Assembly: GCA_014905635.1 (NCBI GenBank)
Contig: JABVCE010000024.1
Location: 186,001 to 250,000 of the forward strand
From: Scenedesmus sp. PABB004
Taxonomy: Eukaryota
DNA length: 64,000 nucleotides
Direction: 5' to 3'
The notes under the pieces were generated by a model. It made no database searches and was not told the origin of the DNA. It worked only from the letters and a program-made list of their open reading frames with translations. Both the position numbers and the translations under genes were made by a program. Below, in pieces: positions 1-13,562 of the stretch; the first letter of the stretch is position 1; each line of letters opens with the position of its first letter.

Positions 1-2419
1 CGCTGACGTGCCGCGCCGCACGTGGTCTCGCCCAGGCACTCGACCGGCTCGATCTCACTGCTGCTCCTGGCCGCCGGGCGCCGTTGGGCGAGACCGTCGG
101 CCGTCGGCGCCGCAGCGTGCTTGGCCGGCTGGCCGCTGCCCGGGCCACTGGCCGCGCTGGCGGCGGCGGCGGCGTCGGGAGGCGCTGCCGCCGCGGGCGC
201 GGCGCCCGCCTCGGGCCAGCCCGGCAGCACGCCGCAGACGCTGCCGCGGCAGCCGCCGCAGTTGCCGCCTCCGCAGCCGGCCGCCGCCCTGGCCGCAAGG
301 CAGCCGCAGCAGCTGCCGCAGTGGCACGCCGCCGCCGCGGCCGCCGGCAGCTGCCACGCGTCGCCGTCGCCGTCGTCGTCGCGCGCGAGCCGCTGGTGCG
401 CAAAGACGCCGCCGAGCGCGTCCGGCGGCTCCTCCAGCGCGCCGTCAAACGGAATGGGCGGCCCCGGCAGCAGCACCTCGAGCCGCGGCAGGATGGCGTC
501 GCCGTATGGGCCCTGCCTGCTGCCGCCGACGACCACGCCGCACGTGGCGGTGCAGTCGACGGTGTCGAGTCCGGGCGGCCGCGCCCCGCGGCCTGCATCG
601 CCGCCGCCGGCGCCGAGCAGCAGCGGCGCGGGCTTCCAGGCGAGCGTGGGGAGGTGCAGGCGCTGCACGTCCCCGCGCGGCTGCCCGCGCGCGTCGACGC
701 CGCCAAGCAGCAGCAGCCAGTCGCGCGTGACGCGCATGAGCGCCGCCGCGTCGCGCGCGGCGGGCAGGTAGCCCAGCACGGGGCCCTTCACCCAGCTGCG
801 CCGCGGGCGGGCGCGCGGGCGTCGGCGCGGGGGTGCGGGCGTGGCGGGCACGGCGTGGCGCGGCGGCGCGGCCCCGACAGCGCGGCGGCGCGGCGCGGCG
901 CGGCACAGCGCGGCACAGCGCGGCGCGGCGCGGCACAGCGCGGCACAGCGCGGCACAGCGCGGCACAGCGCGGCGCAGCGCGGCAGCGGCGGCGCACATG
1001 AAGGTGGTGAGGTCGAGGGCGTACGGCACGTAGCTGGCCAGGCCGTCGGCGCCGCAGCCGCCGAGGACGACGAGCTCCTCGTGCCCCGTCACGGGGCTGG
1101 CCCGCGCGCAGCACATCGCCTGCTTGCGCGGCCCGGGGCAGGTCGAGGGGCCCGCCATGTCGTGCCCCGGCCGCGGCGGCTCGCCGAGCGGGCGCGTGGG
1201 CTCGCGGCGCCAGGTGAGGTCGTTGGCGTCCAGGACGTAGACACAGAGGAGCAAGTAGCCGCCCACCTCGCTCACGTCCGCCTCGACGATGCCCTCGAGG
1301 CTGCCGCCCACGCAGCCGCCGTACAGCAGCACGCGGCGCCCGCCCGACACGGCCTTGGCGCAGGCGTACGCGCGCGGCGCCGGCGGCGCGCCGCCCGCGG
1401 CCGCGCGGTGCCACACGCCCCAGCCGCCGCCGGGCGCGAGCCAGAGCGCATGCAGCTCGCCGCCGCCGGCCTCGGCGCCGTCGGGGCACAGGCCGCACAT
1501 TACGAGCAGCGTGCTGCCCGCGCACGCGGCGTCGTCGCGCTGCCCCGCCGCGCCCGCCGGCAGCGCCTCGCCGTGCGCCGCCGCCGCGGCGTGCACCGCG
1601 CCGAGCAGCTGCGCGTGCAGCGGCGAGCCCGGCTCGAGCGACACGGCGACGGTGCAGTGGTGCCGCCGCGGCGGCGGCGCGGGGCCGTGCATGCGCGGCT
1701 CGCCCACGCGGCGCGACACGACGTCCAGCACCGCCACGTTCATGCTGGCGCCCGCGGGGCCGTCGCGCAGCGCGCCGCCGACGAGCACGAGCAGCCGCCC
1801 CGCGGGCGTCGCGGTGTGCCCGGTCCGCGCGAGCAGCGCGCCCGGCGGCGACGCGTGGCACGCGCCGGCGCCGCCGGGCGCCCACGCCAGCTGCGACGGC
1901 GCGGGCGCGCCGGGGGACCAGTGCGCGGCGTCCATGGTGCGCGCGGAGCAGTAGAGGCGGTGCCAGGTGCCGGCGCGCGCCGCCGCGGCGCCCGCACGCG
2001 ACACAATCGCGACCGGCAGCTCGCCCAGCAGCGCCGCGCAGTGCGACCGCCTGCGTGCGCGCGCGCGGGCGGGGGCCGTCGCAGGGGGCGGCGCGCGCGC
2101 CGCGGGCGCGCGCCGGCGGCAGCAGCAGCGGCAGCAGCGGCGGCAGCGGCAGCGCCAGCTCCGCGTCCGCCGCACCACAGGTGCGCCGCGTGCTGCCCGG
2201 TTCGCGTTGCGCGCTGCAGGTGCCGGCAGGTGGCGGCCAGGCGGCCCACGTCCGCGGCGTCCAGCCGGCGGAGGACCTGCGAGCGCGGCGCAGCAGCAGC
2301 GTGATGCGCCCGCTCGCGCCGGCGCCGCTGCCGACCCCGCCGCGCCCCGCACGCACCAGGTCCAGCGCCTCCGCGTCCAGCCGCTCCAGGGCCGAACCCG
2401 CCGCGGCGCTGGCCGCCAT
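1..2419 (-). CDS. F-box/Kelch-repeat protein (multi-exon; 3' end runs off the left edge)
   Basis: ATG at 2417-2419 gives MAASAAAGSALERLDAEALDL, spliced to VLRRLDAADVGRLAATCRHL (F-box-like). Kelch-type motifs follow: ARTGHTATPAGRLLVLVGG, PPPRRHHCTV, PAPRAYACAK..RVLLYGG, ELVVLGG, WLLLLGGVD. Confidence 0.75.
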
Positions 2420-2933
2420 GGTGGCGGCGTGCGTGCGCCGCCCGCGCTCGGCGCCGCTGTCCGCCGCTTGCGCTGCTTTTGCCTGGCGGCCCCCGGGCGG
2501 CGCGCCGGCCGGCTGCCACGCACCGCCGCGCTCGGGCGGTCTGAGGGGCACCGCCCCGGGCGCTGGGGCGCTCGTCCGCGCACGAGTCGCCGCCGCTGCG
2601 CTTGCGTGCGCTGAACCCCTCTGTCAGGTTCAAACGCGGCCGCCTCGTCCTCAAATAACCCGGGGGCATCGCCACCGTCCACTCCAGGCCGGCCCCGCGC
2701 GACCAGACCGCACGCCCGCCTGCGCCCGCGCGAACAGCCCGCGCGCCCGCCCGCTGCCGCGCCTGCCGCCCCGCCGCTCGCGGCCCGCGCTCCTCCACGC
2801 CACCCCCGCCACCCCCGACACGACGGCCGCAGCAGCGCTGCGCGCCAGCGCCGCGGCCGCCGCCGTCGTTCGCGCGACCGGCGGCCTGCTCCCCGCCTGC
2901 GCAGCGCCCGCCGCGCGCCTGGCATGCCCCTCC

Positions 2934-3597
2934 ATGCGCGCTAGCCTCTTCGCCGCCACCTCCACCAAGCCCGCCCTCCCCCGCGGCCCCGCCGTCCGCG
3001 GCGCGGCGCCGCCGGCGCGCGCGCTCTTTTCGAGCACGGCGACGGCGCACCGCCAGCCCCGCTCCTCCTCCTCCTGTGCCGCCCGCGCGATGGCCGACCA
3101 GCGCGACGAGGTGGCGTGGGCCTACTCCGCCGACCGCGGCCTGCCGAGCCCCGCCGCGTCGGCCGCGGCGGCGCCGCCCAAGCGCGCGCCGGCGCTCCTC
3201 GAGCTGCCGCCGCCGCCGCCGGCCGACGCCGCCGCCGACGAGCTCACCGGCCTCCTGCTCGCCAGCCCCGCCAAGAAGCAGCGCGGCCCCGACGGCAAGC
3301 CCGCGCGCGCCGCGGCGCCCGGCTACAGCCCTGAGCTCACCAAGGCGCTGAAGTCTGTGGTCAAGGTCTTCACCACCGTCGCCAGGCGCGCGCGCGCGCG
3401 GGCCGCGCGGGGGCGGGGCCGCGCGGGGCGGGGGCCGCGCGGGCAGCGCGCGCCGCGCGCCGCGACCCGCACGCGCCGCGCCGGCGCCGCGCGGCGGCGT
3501 TCCAACCCAGACCCCCGCGCCGCCGCCCCGCGCGCCGCGCAGCCCCAACTTTGCGGCGCCGTGGCAGGTCAACCAGCAGACCAAGTGCACAGGTCCG

Positions 3598-3629
<32 letters not shown>

Positions 3630-5622
3630 TGCTGCGTCGCTGCCGCCGCTTCTGCTGCTGCTGCCGCCGCTGCCGCTGCCGCCGCTGCTGCTGCTGCGGC
3701 CGCGCGCCGCCCTGCTAGGCTCACGCCGCCGCCCGCCGCCGCCCCCCGCCGCGCCGCCAGCGACCGGCTTTGTGATCAGCCCGCTCGCCTCGCGCCGCAT
3801 CCTCACCAACGCCCAGTGAGCGGCGCGCCCGACACCGCGTCGGGCTGCTCTGCCAGCTGGCCGCCCGCCCCCGCCGCGCGCGCGCGCGCGCGTGCCCGAG
3901 CGCCGCCGCCCAACCCACCACGCCGCCGCCGCCGCCGCCGCAGCGCCGTGGCGGGGCAGATCTCGGTCAAGGTGCGGGGGCGGCGGCCCCGGCCCGCGCG
4001 CGCGTTTGCTTGCGCCGGCCGCGCCCACCGCGCCCCGCCCGCCCGCCCGCCCTGTGCCCCCGCGCAGGTGCGCAAGCACGGCAGCGCGCAGCGCTACAAC
4101 GCTCGCGTGCTCGCGGTCGGGCACGAGGTGCGGCGGCGCGCGCCCGTCCTGCAAGCGCTGCACGACCGTCCTGCGAGCGCCGCGCGCCCCGCGCCGCCCG
4201 CCGGGCTCACCCCGCATGCTCCCCCAACCCCCCTCACGCACACACCCCACCACCACCACCACCACCACCACCACCACCACCACCACCACCACCGCACGCA
4301 CGCACGCACAGTGCGACATCGCCATGCTGACGGTGGACGACGAGGAGTTCTGGGAGGACATGCAGGCGCGGGGGACGCACGGCGGGGGAGGACCGCCAGC
4401 GGGGCGCGCGCGCCGGCGCCAGGCCCCTGCGCAGCAGCCCAGCGCGCGCGCTCGCAGGACAGTAGCGCCGCGCGTGCGTCTCACGCGCACGCCGCGCGGC
4501 CGACCCCCACGCGGCCGACCCCGCGCCCGACCCCTTCGCGCCGCCGGCAGGCGCTGGACATCAACGGCCTGCCGGCCATGCAGGAGAGCGTGACCGTCGT
4601 CGGCTTCCCCACGGGCGGCGACAACGTGCGCCCCGCTGTGCCGCCGCCGCCTCAGGCCTCCCCGCCGCCGCGCCCCCGCCGCGCCGCGCCGCGCCCGAAC
4701 GACGGCCGCCCGCCGCCCATCGTGCCGCGCCGCGCGCGCGCCGCGCGCAGGTGTGCGTGACCAAGGGCGTCGTGAGCCGCATCGACCGCTCCAGCTACAG
4801 CCACGGCCGCACCACGCTGCTCGCGATCCAGGTCGACGCGGCGATCAACAGCGGCAACAGCGGCGGGCCCGTGCTGCTCGGGGACCACGTCGTCGGCATC
4901 GCGTTCCAGTGCCTCACGGTGTGACCCGCGCCGCCGTTGCTGCCCCGCGCGCGAACGCCCTCCCGGGCGCTTGCCCTCCCGGCGCGCCCTCCCGGGCGCC
5001 GCCTCACGCCACCGCCGCCGCTGCCGCCGCTGCCCCCGCAGAGCGGTGAGAACATCGGCTACATCATCCCCGTGCCAGTGGTGCGGCGGCAGGGCGCGAC
5101 GCGGCGCCGCTGGCTGACGACGCTTGAGCGCGGTGCGCGCGCGGGGCCGACGCCGCGCCTCCGCCCCCAACGCGGCCGCCGCCGCCGCCGACGCCGCGGG
5201 CGCAGGTGCAGCACTTCCTGGCCGACCTCGAGCGCCACGGCCACTACACCGGTGCGCGCGCGTGCGCTCACACTCACGCGCGCGTGCGCTCACGCTCACG
5301 CGCGCGTGCGCTCACGCTCACGCGCGCGCACTCACTCACACCCACCCGCTCACACGCACGCATGCCAACCTGGCTCACACCCACGCACTCAACCCCACCC
5401 CACGCACGCCAACGTGGCACACGCACACTCGCGCGCCGATGCGGCTCACGCCCACACGCGGCAGGGTTTTGCGAGCTGGGCGTGTCGTGGCAGAACCTGG
5501 AGAACCCTGACATGAAGGCCGCGCTGCGCATGCCGCGCGGCGTGACGGGCGTGTACGTCAGCAAGACCGAGCCGCTCTTCGACGCCGCGCGGTGCGCGCG
5601 CGCGCGTGTGTGCGTGCGTGTG

Positions 5623-5661
<39 letters not shown>

Positions 5662-7376
5662 AGGGGCTCGGGCCTCGAGGCCGCTCGTGGCGGCCCCCGC
5701 CGGTCTGCGCGCTGCGGCCGCCCGCCGGCCGAGCCCGCCCGCCGCCGCCTCTGCCGCCTCGCCGCCGCGCCGCGCCTGCGCGCCCCGCGGCGGCGGCGCA
5801 GGCAGCTGGCGCGGGGCGACGTGCTGACGCACTTCAACGGCGTGCCCATCGCCGACGACGGGACGTTCCTGTTCCGCGAGGCGGTGCGCATCAACTTTGG
5901 GCACCTCGTCAGCCAGGCCTTCCACGGCGACGTCGCGCAGGCGCGCCGCGGTCTGCTGCGCGGGGCAGAGGCCGGGCCGCGGGCGGGGGCTGCGCGCTGC
6001 CTCCGCGTCACGGCGGGGGCCGCGGCGTGCCCGAGACGCGCCGCCTGAGACGCGCCGCCGCGCCGTGCGTGCGCCGCCGTGCAGCTCAAGGTCTGGCGCG
6101 GCGGCGAGCACCTGAGCCTGCCGGTGCGCCTGAGCACGCCGCAGCAGCTCGTGCCGGTGCACAGCCACGACGTGCGGCCGAGCTACGCCATCTACGGCGG
6201 CCTCGTGTTCACGCCCCTCACCAGGCGCGCCACCATGCTGCGCCGCGGCACCCCGCGCCGTGCCGCGCCTGCGCCGCGCCTGCGCCGCCCCGCGCCCTCG
6301 CCCCCTCCACTCACGCGCACGCGCGCCCGTGCGTGCCGTGCCGGCGCGTGCCCGCAGCTGGTACCTGCGCGCCGTGTACGGGAGCGAGTGGTCGTGCAAG
6401 GCGCCGATCAAGCTCGTGGAGAAGGCCTTTGCGGCCAGCAAGGCCGCGGGCGACGAGGAGGTGGTCGTGCTCAGCAAGGCGCGGCGGGCGGCGGGGCAGT
6501 GGCGGGGCGCGCGGGCCGCGCGGCGTCGGGGCGCAGGGGCCGCGGTGCGGGGGCGGCGGCGCCGCGCGGCGGGGCGGGACGGGTAGGCAAGCGCCAGCGG
6601 CGGCGGGGCGGCTCCGCGCTTGCCGCCGCCCGACACCGCACGCGCCCCCGCGCCGCCGCCGCCGCCGCCGCGCCCAGGTGCTCGCGTCTGACATCAACAC
6701 CGGCTACCAGGACACCAGCAACATCCAGGCGCGCCGCCCCGCTGCGCCCGCTGCGGCCCGCGCGGCCCGCTGCGCCCGCGCACCCGCGTGCTGCGGGACC
6801 CGCCCGCCTGCTGCGCGCGCGCCCGCCGAACCGTGCGCCGCCCCCCCCCCCCCCCCCCCCGCCGCCGCCGCCGCCGCCGCGCAGGTGCTCGCGGTCAACG
6901 GCGTCGCGGTGCGGAACCTCGCGCACCTCGCGCACCTGCTGGCCACCGCGACCGAGCGCTTCACCAAGCTGGAGCTCGAGTGGAGCAAGGCGCGGCGCGG
7001 CGCGGCATGCGGCACGCAGCGCGGCAGCGGCGCTCGGGCCTCCCTCACACGCGCGCCTCGCCCCGCCCCGCCCCCCCCGCCGCCGCCGCCGCCCCCGCCG
7101 CCCCTGCAACGTGCAAAGGTGCTGTACATCGACCACGCCAAGGCGGTCGCGCAGCTGCCAGACATCCTGGAGCAAAACTCCATCCCCGCCGCGCACAGCC
7201 GCGACCTGCCCGCCAAGCTCGCCGCGCTCGCGGCGGCGGCGGCCGAGGCGGCGGCGGCGGCCGGCGCGCCGGCGCCGGTCGAGGCGATGCAGACCGACAG
7301 CGCCGCGTGCGCCGGCGGCGCCAGCGGCGCGAGCAGCGACGACGACGAGGCGGCGGTCGCCACGAGCCGGCTGTGA
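2934..7376 (+). CDS. Deg/HtrA (protease Do-like, Deg9/Deg10 type) serine protease with PDZ domains and N-terminal presequence, ~17 exons
   Basis: Spliced exons give [26 protein letters not shown] (His codon split CA|C by an intron), [51 protein letters not shown], then PDZ regions and stop TGA 7374-7376. An alternative start exists at 3090. Confidence 0.93.
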
Positions 7377-7856
7377 GCGCGGCGCCAGCGCGGGGCTGGC
7401 TGCGCGGGACTGGGGCCGTCCTGCCGGGCGGCAGGCGGCCGGCGTTATGGCCTGGGATTGGTCGCGTCGGGCTGCGCACGCGCAGCGCCACCATCAAGCC
7501 GCGGCGGCGGCGACGGCCCGCGACTCTGCGTCGGGCTTCTGCGCTGGACTGGACTGCGCAGGGCTGCTATTGACTGGTCTGGGGACTCACTCGCGATCGG
7601 CTCGCATTCACACCGCCGTGCACCAGCACGGCCCCCGACACTGATCTGATGGACTGAGCTAATCCCGTCAACGGGGCCACCCCGGCATCACCACCAACAC
7701 ACACTTGACTGCGCGCGCACGCGGGTGGACGCCTGCGCGGGCTTGGGCCAGGACTGCCTGCGTGCTGTGCTGTGCGGGGCGCGACTGCTGAGGGGGCACG
7801 CAAGTAAACGGAGCGATGCGGCACTCGCGCGCGACCGCGGCAGTTACTCAGGGCCC

Positions 7857-10800
7857 TCACTCAGCCCGCCCGCTCCCTTCCACATCGCTGCCGGCTGCCG
7901 CGAGGCGCCGCCGCAGCGCCTCGGCCCAGCCCCCGGCGCCGGCGCCGCCGCCGCCGCCGGCGCCGCGCAGCACGGCCGTGAGCGCAGCTGCCGCGGCGGC
8001 TCGGACATCGGCGTCCGCGTCGTCCAGCGCGGCGGCGAGCGCCGCCGCCGGCTGGGGCGCCTCTTCGGCCCCTCCAGCCCCGGGGAGCGCGGGCAGCAGG
8101 CAGCGCGCGCCCAGCTCGGCCGCCGCGGCGCGCGCCACGCAGCACGCCTGCAGCCGCACCGCCGCCGTGCCGCCGGATGCGAGCAGGGCGCACGCCGCCC
8201 CGCACAGGCCGCGCTCCCATGCCGCCACGAGCTCGCACGCGCCGTGCTCGCCGGGCCGCAGCAGCCCCCGCAGCAGCGCGGCCATCAGCGCGCGCAGGCC
8301 CGCCATGGCGGGCAGGCCGCGGCCACTGCCCAGCAGCGCTGGCGCCGTGTCGCGCAGCAGCTGCCGCAGCACGCCTGGCGCAAAGCCGGCGGCCGGCCAG
8401 GCCTGCAGGCACGCGTCCAGCGCCGCCAGAAGCGTCTGCACGTGCGGCGGCGTGTGCTGCGCGCTGGGGCCGCAGCGCCGCTCCGCCGCAGCGACCAGCG
8501 CCAGCAGCGCGCCCAGGTGCTCCGGCGCGCAGCCTGGCAGCGCGTCGGGCGCAAAGGGCGCCAGGCGGGGCTGCCCCTCCGCCGCGCCGCCCGGGCCGCC
8601 GAGGGCGGGGAGCTCGCGCAGCACGACGCTGAACGCCGGCTGCTGCGCGGTCAGCACCCAGGCGCAGCCGCTCGGCAGCAGCAGCCGGCACACCGCCGTG
8701 GCGGCGCCGGGCCTGGGCGGCTCGCCGTGTGGGCACAGCTGCGGGGCCGGCAGGGTGCAGCGGCGTGGGGCGGCGTCGGGCGGCGTCGGACGGCGCCGCG
8801 CGGCGCGCGTCACTGCGCGGCGTGCCCGCCCGCCCGCTGGGCGCGCTCGGCTCGCTCACCCTGGCCAGCAGGCCGCCCGCGCAGCAGTGAGCAAGCAGGC
8901 CGTCGGTGCTGGCGAACCCGGCGGCGCAGGCGAGGCTGCCGAGCAGCGCCTCGGCGCGCACTGCCTGCGCCCGCGCGGCGTCAACGAGCGCGGCAGCCGC
9001 GCCCGCGTCGCCGCCGGCCAGTTGGCCCTCCCACGCGCCGAGCTGCAGAAGCAGCTGCGCGAGCAGGAGCACGGCGCGCTGCGGCGGCGCGGCCGGGCAC
9101 GCGGGCGCCTCGGCGCCCGGCGCCTCGCCCTCGGCGCGCGCGCCGGCCAGCATCTGCGCTGCTGGGCCCGGCGCCAGCAGCTGCTGCGCCACCGCCGTGG
9201 CAGCCGCCCGGACCCCGCTGTCGGCGCTGTCTCCCACGCCCGGGGCAAGCAGCAGCTCCAGCAGCGGCAGCACGTGCCCCTGCAGCCGCCCCACGGGCAC
9301 GGCGCCCCTGCCAGCGGCGGCGAGGGCCGGCGGACGTCCGTGTGGGGCGCTGCGCGGTGCGGGCGCGGCAGCGTGCACGCGGCTGCAGCCGCCGGCGCGG
9401 CGCGCACCTGAGCACGGCCGCAAGCACCAGCAGCGCGTCCGCCTGCCGCCGCGCGTCGCCCGCGCCGTCAGTCACGCGCGGCGCCAGCAGCTCCAGCACC
9501 AGCCCGAAGCTGCAGTGCACGCCCAGCAGCGCCGCGCAGTCGGCCACCGCGCCGCCCGCGTCGGCGTCGCGCACGGCGGCGCACAGCGCGGGCAGCAGCA
9601 CCTGCGGCGCGGCGGCAGCGGCGGCGGCGCCGGGGTCGCGCGCACGCCTCCAGCCCCCGAGCGCTCTCGTGCCGGCTCGCGGCTCTCGCCACGACCGCTG
9701 CCCCGCACAGCCCCCACCTGCAGGTGGCGCTCCGCCGCCGACTCGACCAGCGCGAGGCTGACGAGCAGCAGCCGCGCCGCCATGCCGCGCGGCGCGCTCT
9801 GCCAGCTGCCCAGCTCCGCGCACAGCGCGGGCAGCGAGGACCCAAAGTTGTTGCGCGCCAGCAGACGCGCGCCGAGGCGGGGCCGCGCCGCAAAGGGCCC
9901 CGGCAGCCGGAACGCCGCCGGCGGCGCCGCGGCGGGCTCGGCCTCGGCGCCGCCCTCGGCGCTGCCGCCGGCATAGGCGAGCGCGCCCGCGCCCACCGCC
10001 GCCACGAGCGCCGCCTCGTCCTCGTCCGCGGCCGCGGCGCCAAAGCGCAGCGCGTCGGCGAGGTCCGCGGCGTGCTCGGCCTCGTACAGCGCGCCGGCGT
10101 CGTCCAGCAGGCCCAGCGCCGCGGACACGACGCACGGCGCGTCGTCGGCCAGCCCGCTGATGAGGTACGGCAGCAGCCGCGCCTCGTGGTCGCGCCGCTC
10201 CGGCAGGCGCAGCAGCCAGGCGCCCACCGCCTGCACGAACGCCAGGCGCACCTGCGCGGCGCGGCAGCGGCCTGTCTGCGACGGCCGGCGCGCGTGTGCG
10301 CAGCGCCGCCCTCTCTCTCTCTCTCTCTCTCCCTCCCTCCCTCGCGCGCCGCCAGCGCCGCGCCTGCGCGTGGCGGTCGCCGGCAAGCTTGGCCGCATAG
10401 TTGACTTTCACGTCCGGCTCATAGAACGCCCGCACGGGCACCAGGTTGGGGTCGCGCCAGCCTACCAGCCCCAGCAGCGCCTCGTGCGCGCCCGCCTGCG
10501 GCGCCGGCGGCAGCGCGGCGCGGCCGGCCGGCGGCGGTGGGGCGCCCGGCGCGAGGCACGGGCGCGACGGGCCGGGGGCGAGCCGTCTGCAGGCGGCCGC
10601 GGTGCGCGTCCCCCGCACCAGCTGCACCACGTCCCGCACCGCCTCCACCGCGGCGACGCGGACGCGGTGCCGGCTGTGCGTCGTCAGCGGCAGCAGCGCC
10701 GCGACGACTTCCTTTGCGGTGCCGCCCAGCCGCAGGCCCAGCGTCGCTGCGGCGGCGGTCGCAGGCTGGGCGCAGCGCCGCGCGGTGCGCTGCGTGGGGG

Positions 10801-11821
10801 GCAGCGCGCCGCTGGCGGCGCGCGCCCGCGCACCTGCGAGCTGCTGCGCGATCGCGCAGCCGCGGAGCGCCACCTCGTGGTAGGGATCGGCCAGCGCGGC
10901 GGCCAGCATGCTCCACACCTCCGACGCGTACGCCGCGACCGCCGAGCCCGCGGCGGCGATCAGCGCGCCCAGGAGGCGCGCGAGCGCGAGCCTGATCTCC
11001 TCGCTCGGCTCGGCGGGCGCGCCGCTGGCCTGCGGCGTGCAGCGTACGGCTTTGCATGACGGCGGCGGCGCACGCTGGGCGTGGCGGGCAAAGCACCTCG
11101 TCAGCGTGCAGGCGCTCCTCCAGCACGGGCATGGCGTAGGGCAACAGGGGCAGCACGCCGTCGCCGGCCGCGGCGGCCAGCAGCGACGCAAACGCAGCCA
11201 CCGCCGCCTCGCGGCACGCCTCGCTCGCGTCCTCAAAGCGCCGCAGCAGCGCCTTGCCCAGCTGCGTGCTGGCCGCGGCGACCGAGGCCGCGGCGGCCTC
11301 GGCACCGGGCGCCGCCGCGCAGTCGAGAGCGGCCTGGGCGCGCGGGCCCGGAAAGGCCGGGCGTCAGCGCTGGCGGTGGCGGCGCCGCCACCCGCAGCGG
11401 CCGTGCACACACCCACACCCGGGCCGCCGCGCCGCACCTGGATCTGCGCCAGCGCCGCGCGCCGCGCGCCGGCCGCCGGGCTCAGCAGCGCCTGCAGCAC
11501 GCGCTCGAGCCCGCCGCCCTCCAGGCAGCCGCCGCCGAGCGCCGCGGGCACCGACGCGGGCGCGGCTGCACCGAAGACGGGGGTGCCACCGGTCTCCTGC
11601 TGTCCGGCGGGCTGCCGCGGCAGCAGGCGCGAGAGGTAGGGGTCCAGCTTGGCCGCGCGCCGCCGCGCCGGCGCAGCGGCGCCGCCGTCCCGGGCGCGCC
11701 GCGCCGCGTCGCTGGCCCACGGGCGGTCGACGTCCACGGCCTTGGCCGATCGGCCGGGCGGCACGCCGGCGTTCAGCTGCGCCCACAGCGCCTCCGCGCG
11801 CGTTTTGGCGGGCTCCGCCAT
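7857..11821 (-). CDS. DNAAF5: HEAT-repeat protein, dynein axonemal assembly factor 5 (HEATR2)-like
   Basis: Motifs LLRRFEDASEACRE, EPSEEIRL, LADPYHEV, LTTHSRHRVRVAAV, WLLRLPERRDHEARLLPYLISGLADD and PFAARPRLGARLL match my recollection of the HEATR2/DNAAF5 family. Exons join at GT/GC-AG sites. Confidence 0.78.
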
Positions 11822-12149
11822 TCCGCGGCCTGGCCTGGCGCCGGCGGCAGTTGGCACTGGGCGGGAGCAGTGGAGAGAGTCAGGCGTGGGTCCGGGCGTC
11901 TCTCTTTGGCGGCAGGGGCGGGGCGCCAGCGCAGGGCTGGAGCGGCGGGGCTCTGCGACACCGACCACGCGCCGCCGCCACTGGCCCCGCCCGCCCCTCC
12001 CGCGGTCCCAGTGCGTGCCGCTTCGTGCGTGCCACAGGCTACCCTCCCCGCCCTGTGGGGCCTTGCGCGCAGCCGCCGCAACCGCGCGCGAGCAGCAGCG
12101 CCGACGCGTGCACCCGCCGCCGCAGCAGTGCCGGTCGCGCGCACACTTC

Positions 12150-13107
12150 ATGGCCCAGGAGCTGCTGCCGCAGCTGGAGGAGGTCTTGCGCCTGCAGGCG
12201 CTGTCGGCGATGGCGCTGCTGGAGCAGGGTGCGCGCCAACCGCCGCGACGGCGCGATCAGCGCTGGCTCGCCCGGCTGCCCACGGCCGCCGCCGCCGCCA
12301 GGCATCCATGCCACGCAGGGCACGCTGGATGCCTGTCTGGACGAGCTCCGCCGCGCGCAGGCGGCGGCGGACGACGCTTGCGCGGCCAAAGTGCTCGCGG
12401 CCCGCAGCGAGTACGAGCGAGAACTGAGCGCGCTCACCGCGGCGTTTGAACAGCGCGTAGCGGCGCTGGAAGCGGAGGCCGCAAAGCGCGTCGCGGCGGC
12501 GCACGCCGACGCCGAGGCGGCCGTCACCCAGGCGGCGGCCGCGCTCATGCAGAGCCTGCAGCAGTCGCCGCTCACCTCGCGCGCGGCCACGCCGGCTCCG
12601 GCGCAGCAGCAGCTGGCGTCGGCAGCGCTGCCGGCGAGCGGGCGGCACGGCGGCAGCGGCGGCAGCGCAAGCGCGCCCGCCAGCCGCAGGGCGAGCGGCG
12701 GCCAGACCGTGGCGGGCGCGGAGGGCGCAGACGCGGCGCCCCGGCGGGAGGCGCGCGAGGGCGGGGGCCAGCCGGGCCCTGCGCTGCTGCGCGCGCTGTC
12801 GGCGGCGTCCGAGCCGCGCACGTGCGGCAGCAGCAGGCAGCGCGGGCGGGACCTGGCGGGCCTGGACGCGCCACCACGAACGGAGCGCTGCCTGCCGCCG
12901 ACCTCGGCGCTCCTCTTCCTGCAGCGCGGCCGGCTGCAGGACGCGCCGCAGCGGCGCGCCGACCAGGCGGCGCCGCACTCGCGGGCGCCCGCGCCGGGCG
13001 CGCCAGCCCCCGCGCGGCCGCGCCGCGCGCCCAGCAAAGCGCTGGACCTGCTGGACGACGAGGGCAGTAGCAGCGGCAGCGAGGGGTCGCTGAGCACTGA
13101 GCGCTGA
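12150..13107 (+). CDS. Hypothetical protein with N-terminal coiled coil (2 exons)
   Basis: MAQELLPQLEEVLRLQALSAMALLEQ, a GT-AG intron, then GIHATQGTLDACLDELRRAQ...EYERELSALTAAFEQRVAALEAE (heptad-like) to TGA 13105-13107. Divergent from DNAAF5, ~330 bp apart. Confidence 0.6.
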
Positions 13108-13562
13108 GCGTGGTCCGCGCCGACGGAGCGGTCTCGCGCGCCGCGGCGGCTGTGCGCGCCGGCCGCGGAGTAATTCACTGGCCGTCGCGCGTGGCGCCTG
13201 GCGCGGTGTAGCGGGCCGAGCGGCCGGCGCCGGCCGCCGCGCGTGCGTGGCGGCGGCGCCAGGGCGGCGCCGGCGCCGCCGGGCGCGGCCTGCCGCCGGG
13301 CGGCGCGCGTGCGGGCGGCGAGCTCCGGGCGCGGCTCGCGGCGTCCGCGCGGGCACACTTGAGCCCGGGCGGTCGCGGTGCAGGGCTGGGCGGGGCGCGC
13401 GCCGATCCCCCGACCGCTCCCGCCCCGCTGCCGCTTCTCGCCTCGGCGGACGGTCGCAGGCGGCGCGCGCGCTCGCGGCCCGCACCTGCCCGCGCGCCAT
13501 CGCCGCGGCCGGCGCCCGCTGCGCCGCGTGGGGTGCCCCTGGGGCCGCGTCGAGGGCCTCCC

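Noticed and set aside
4248..4292. Poly-His / poly-Trp / poly-Val tract in the ORF track
   Set aside because: It is a (CAC)n microsatellite inside an intron of the Deg gene.
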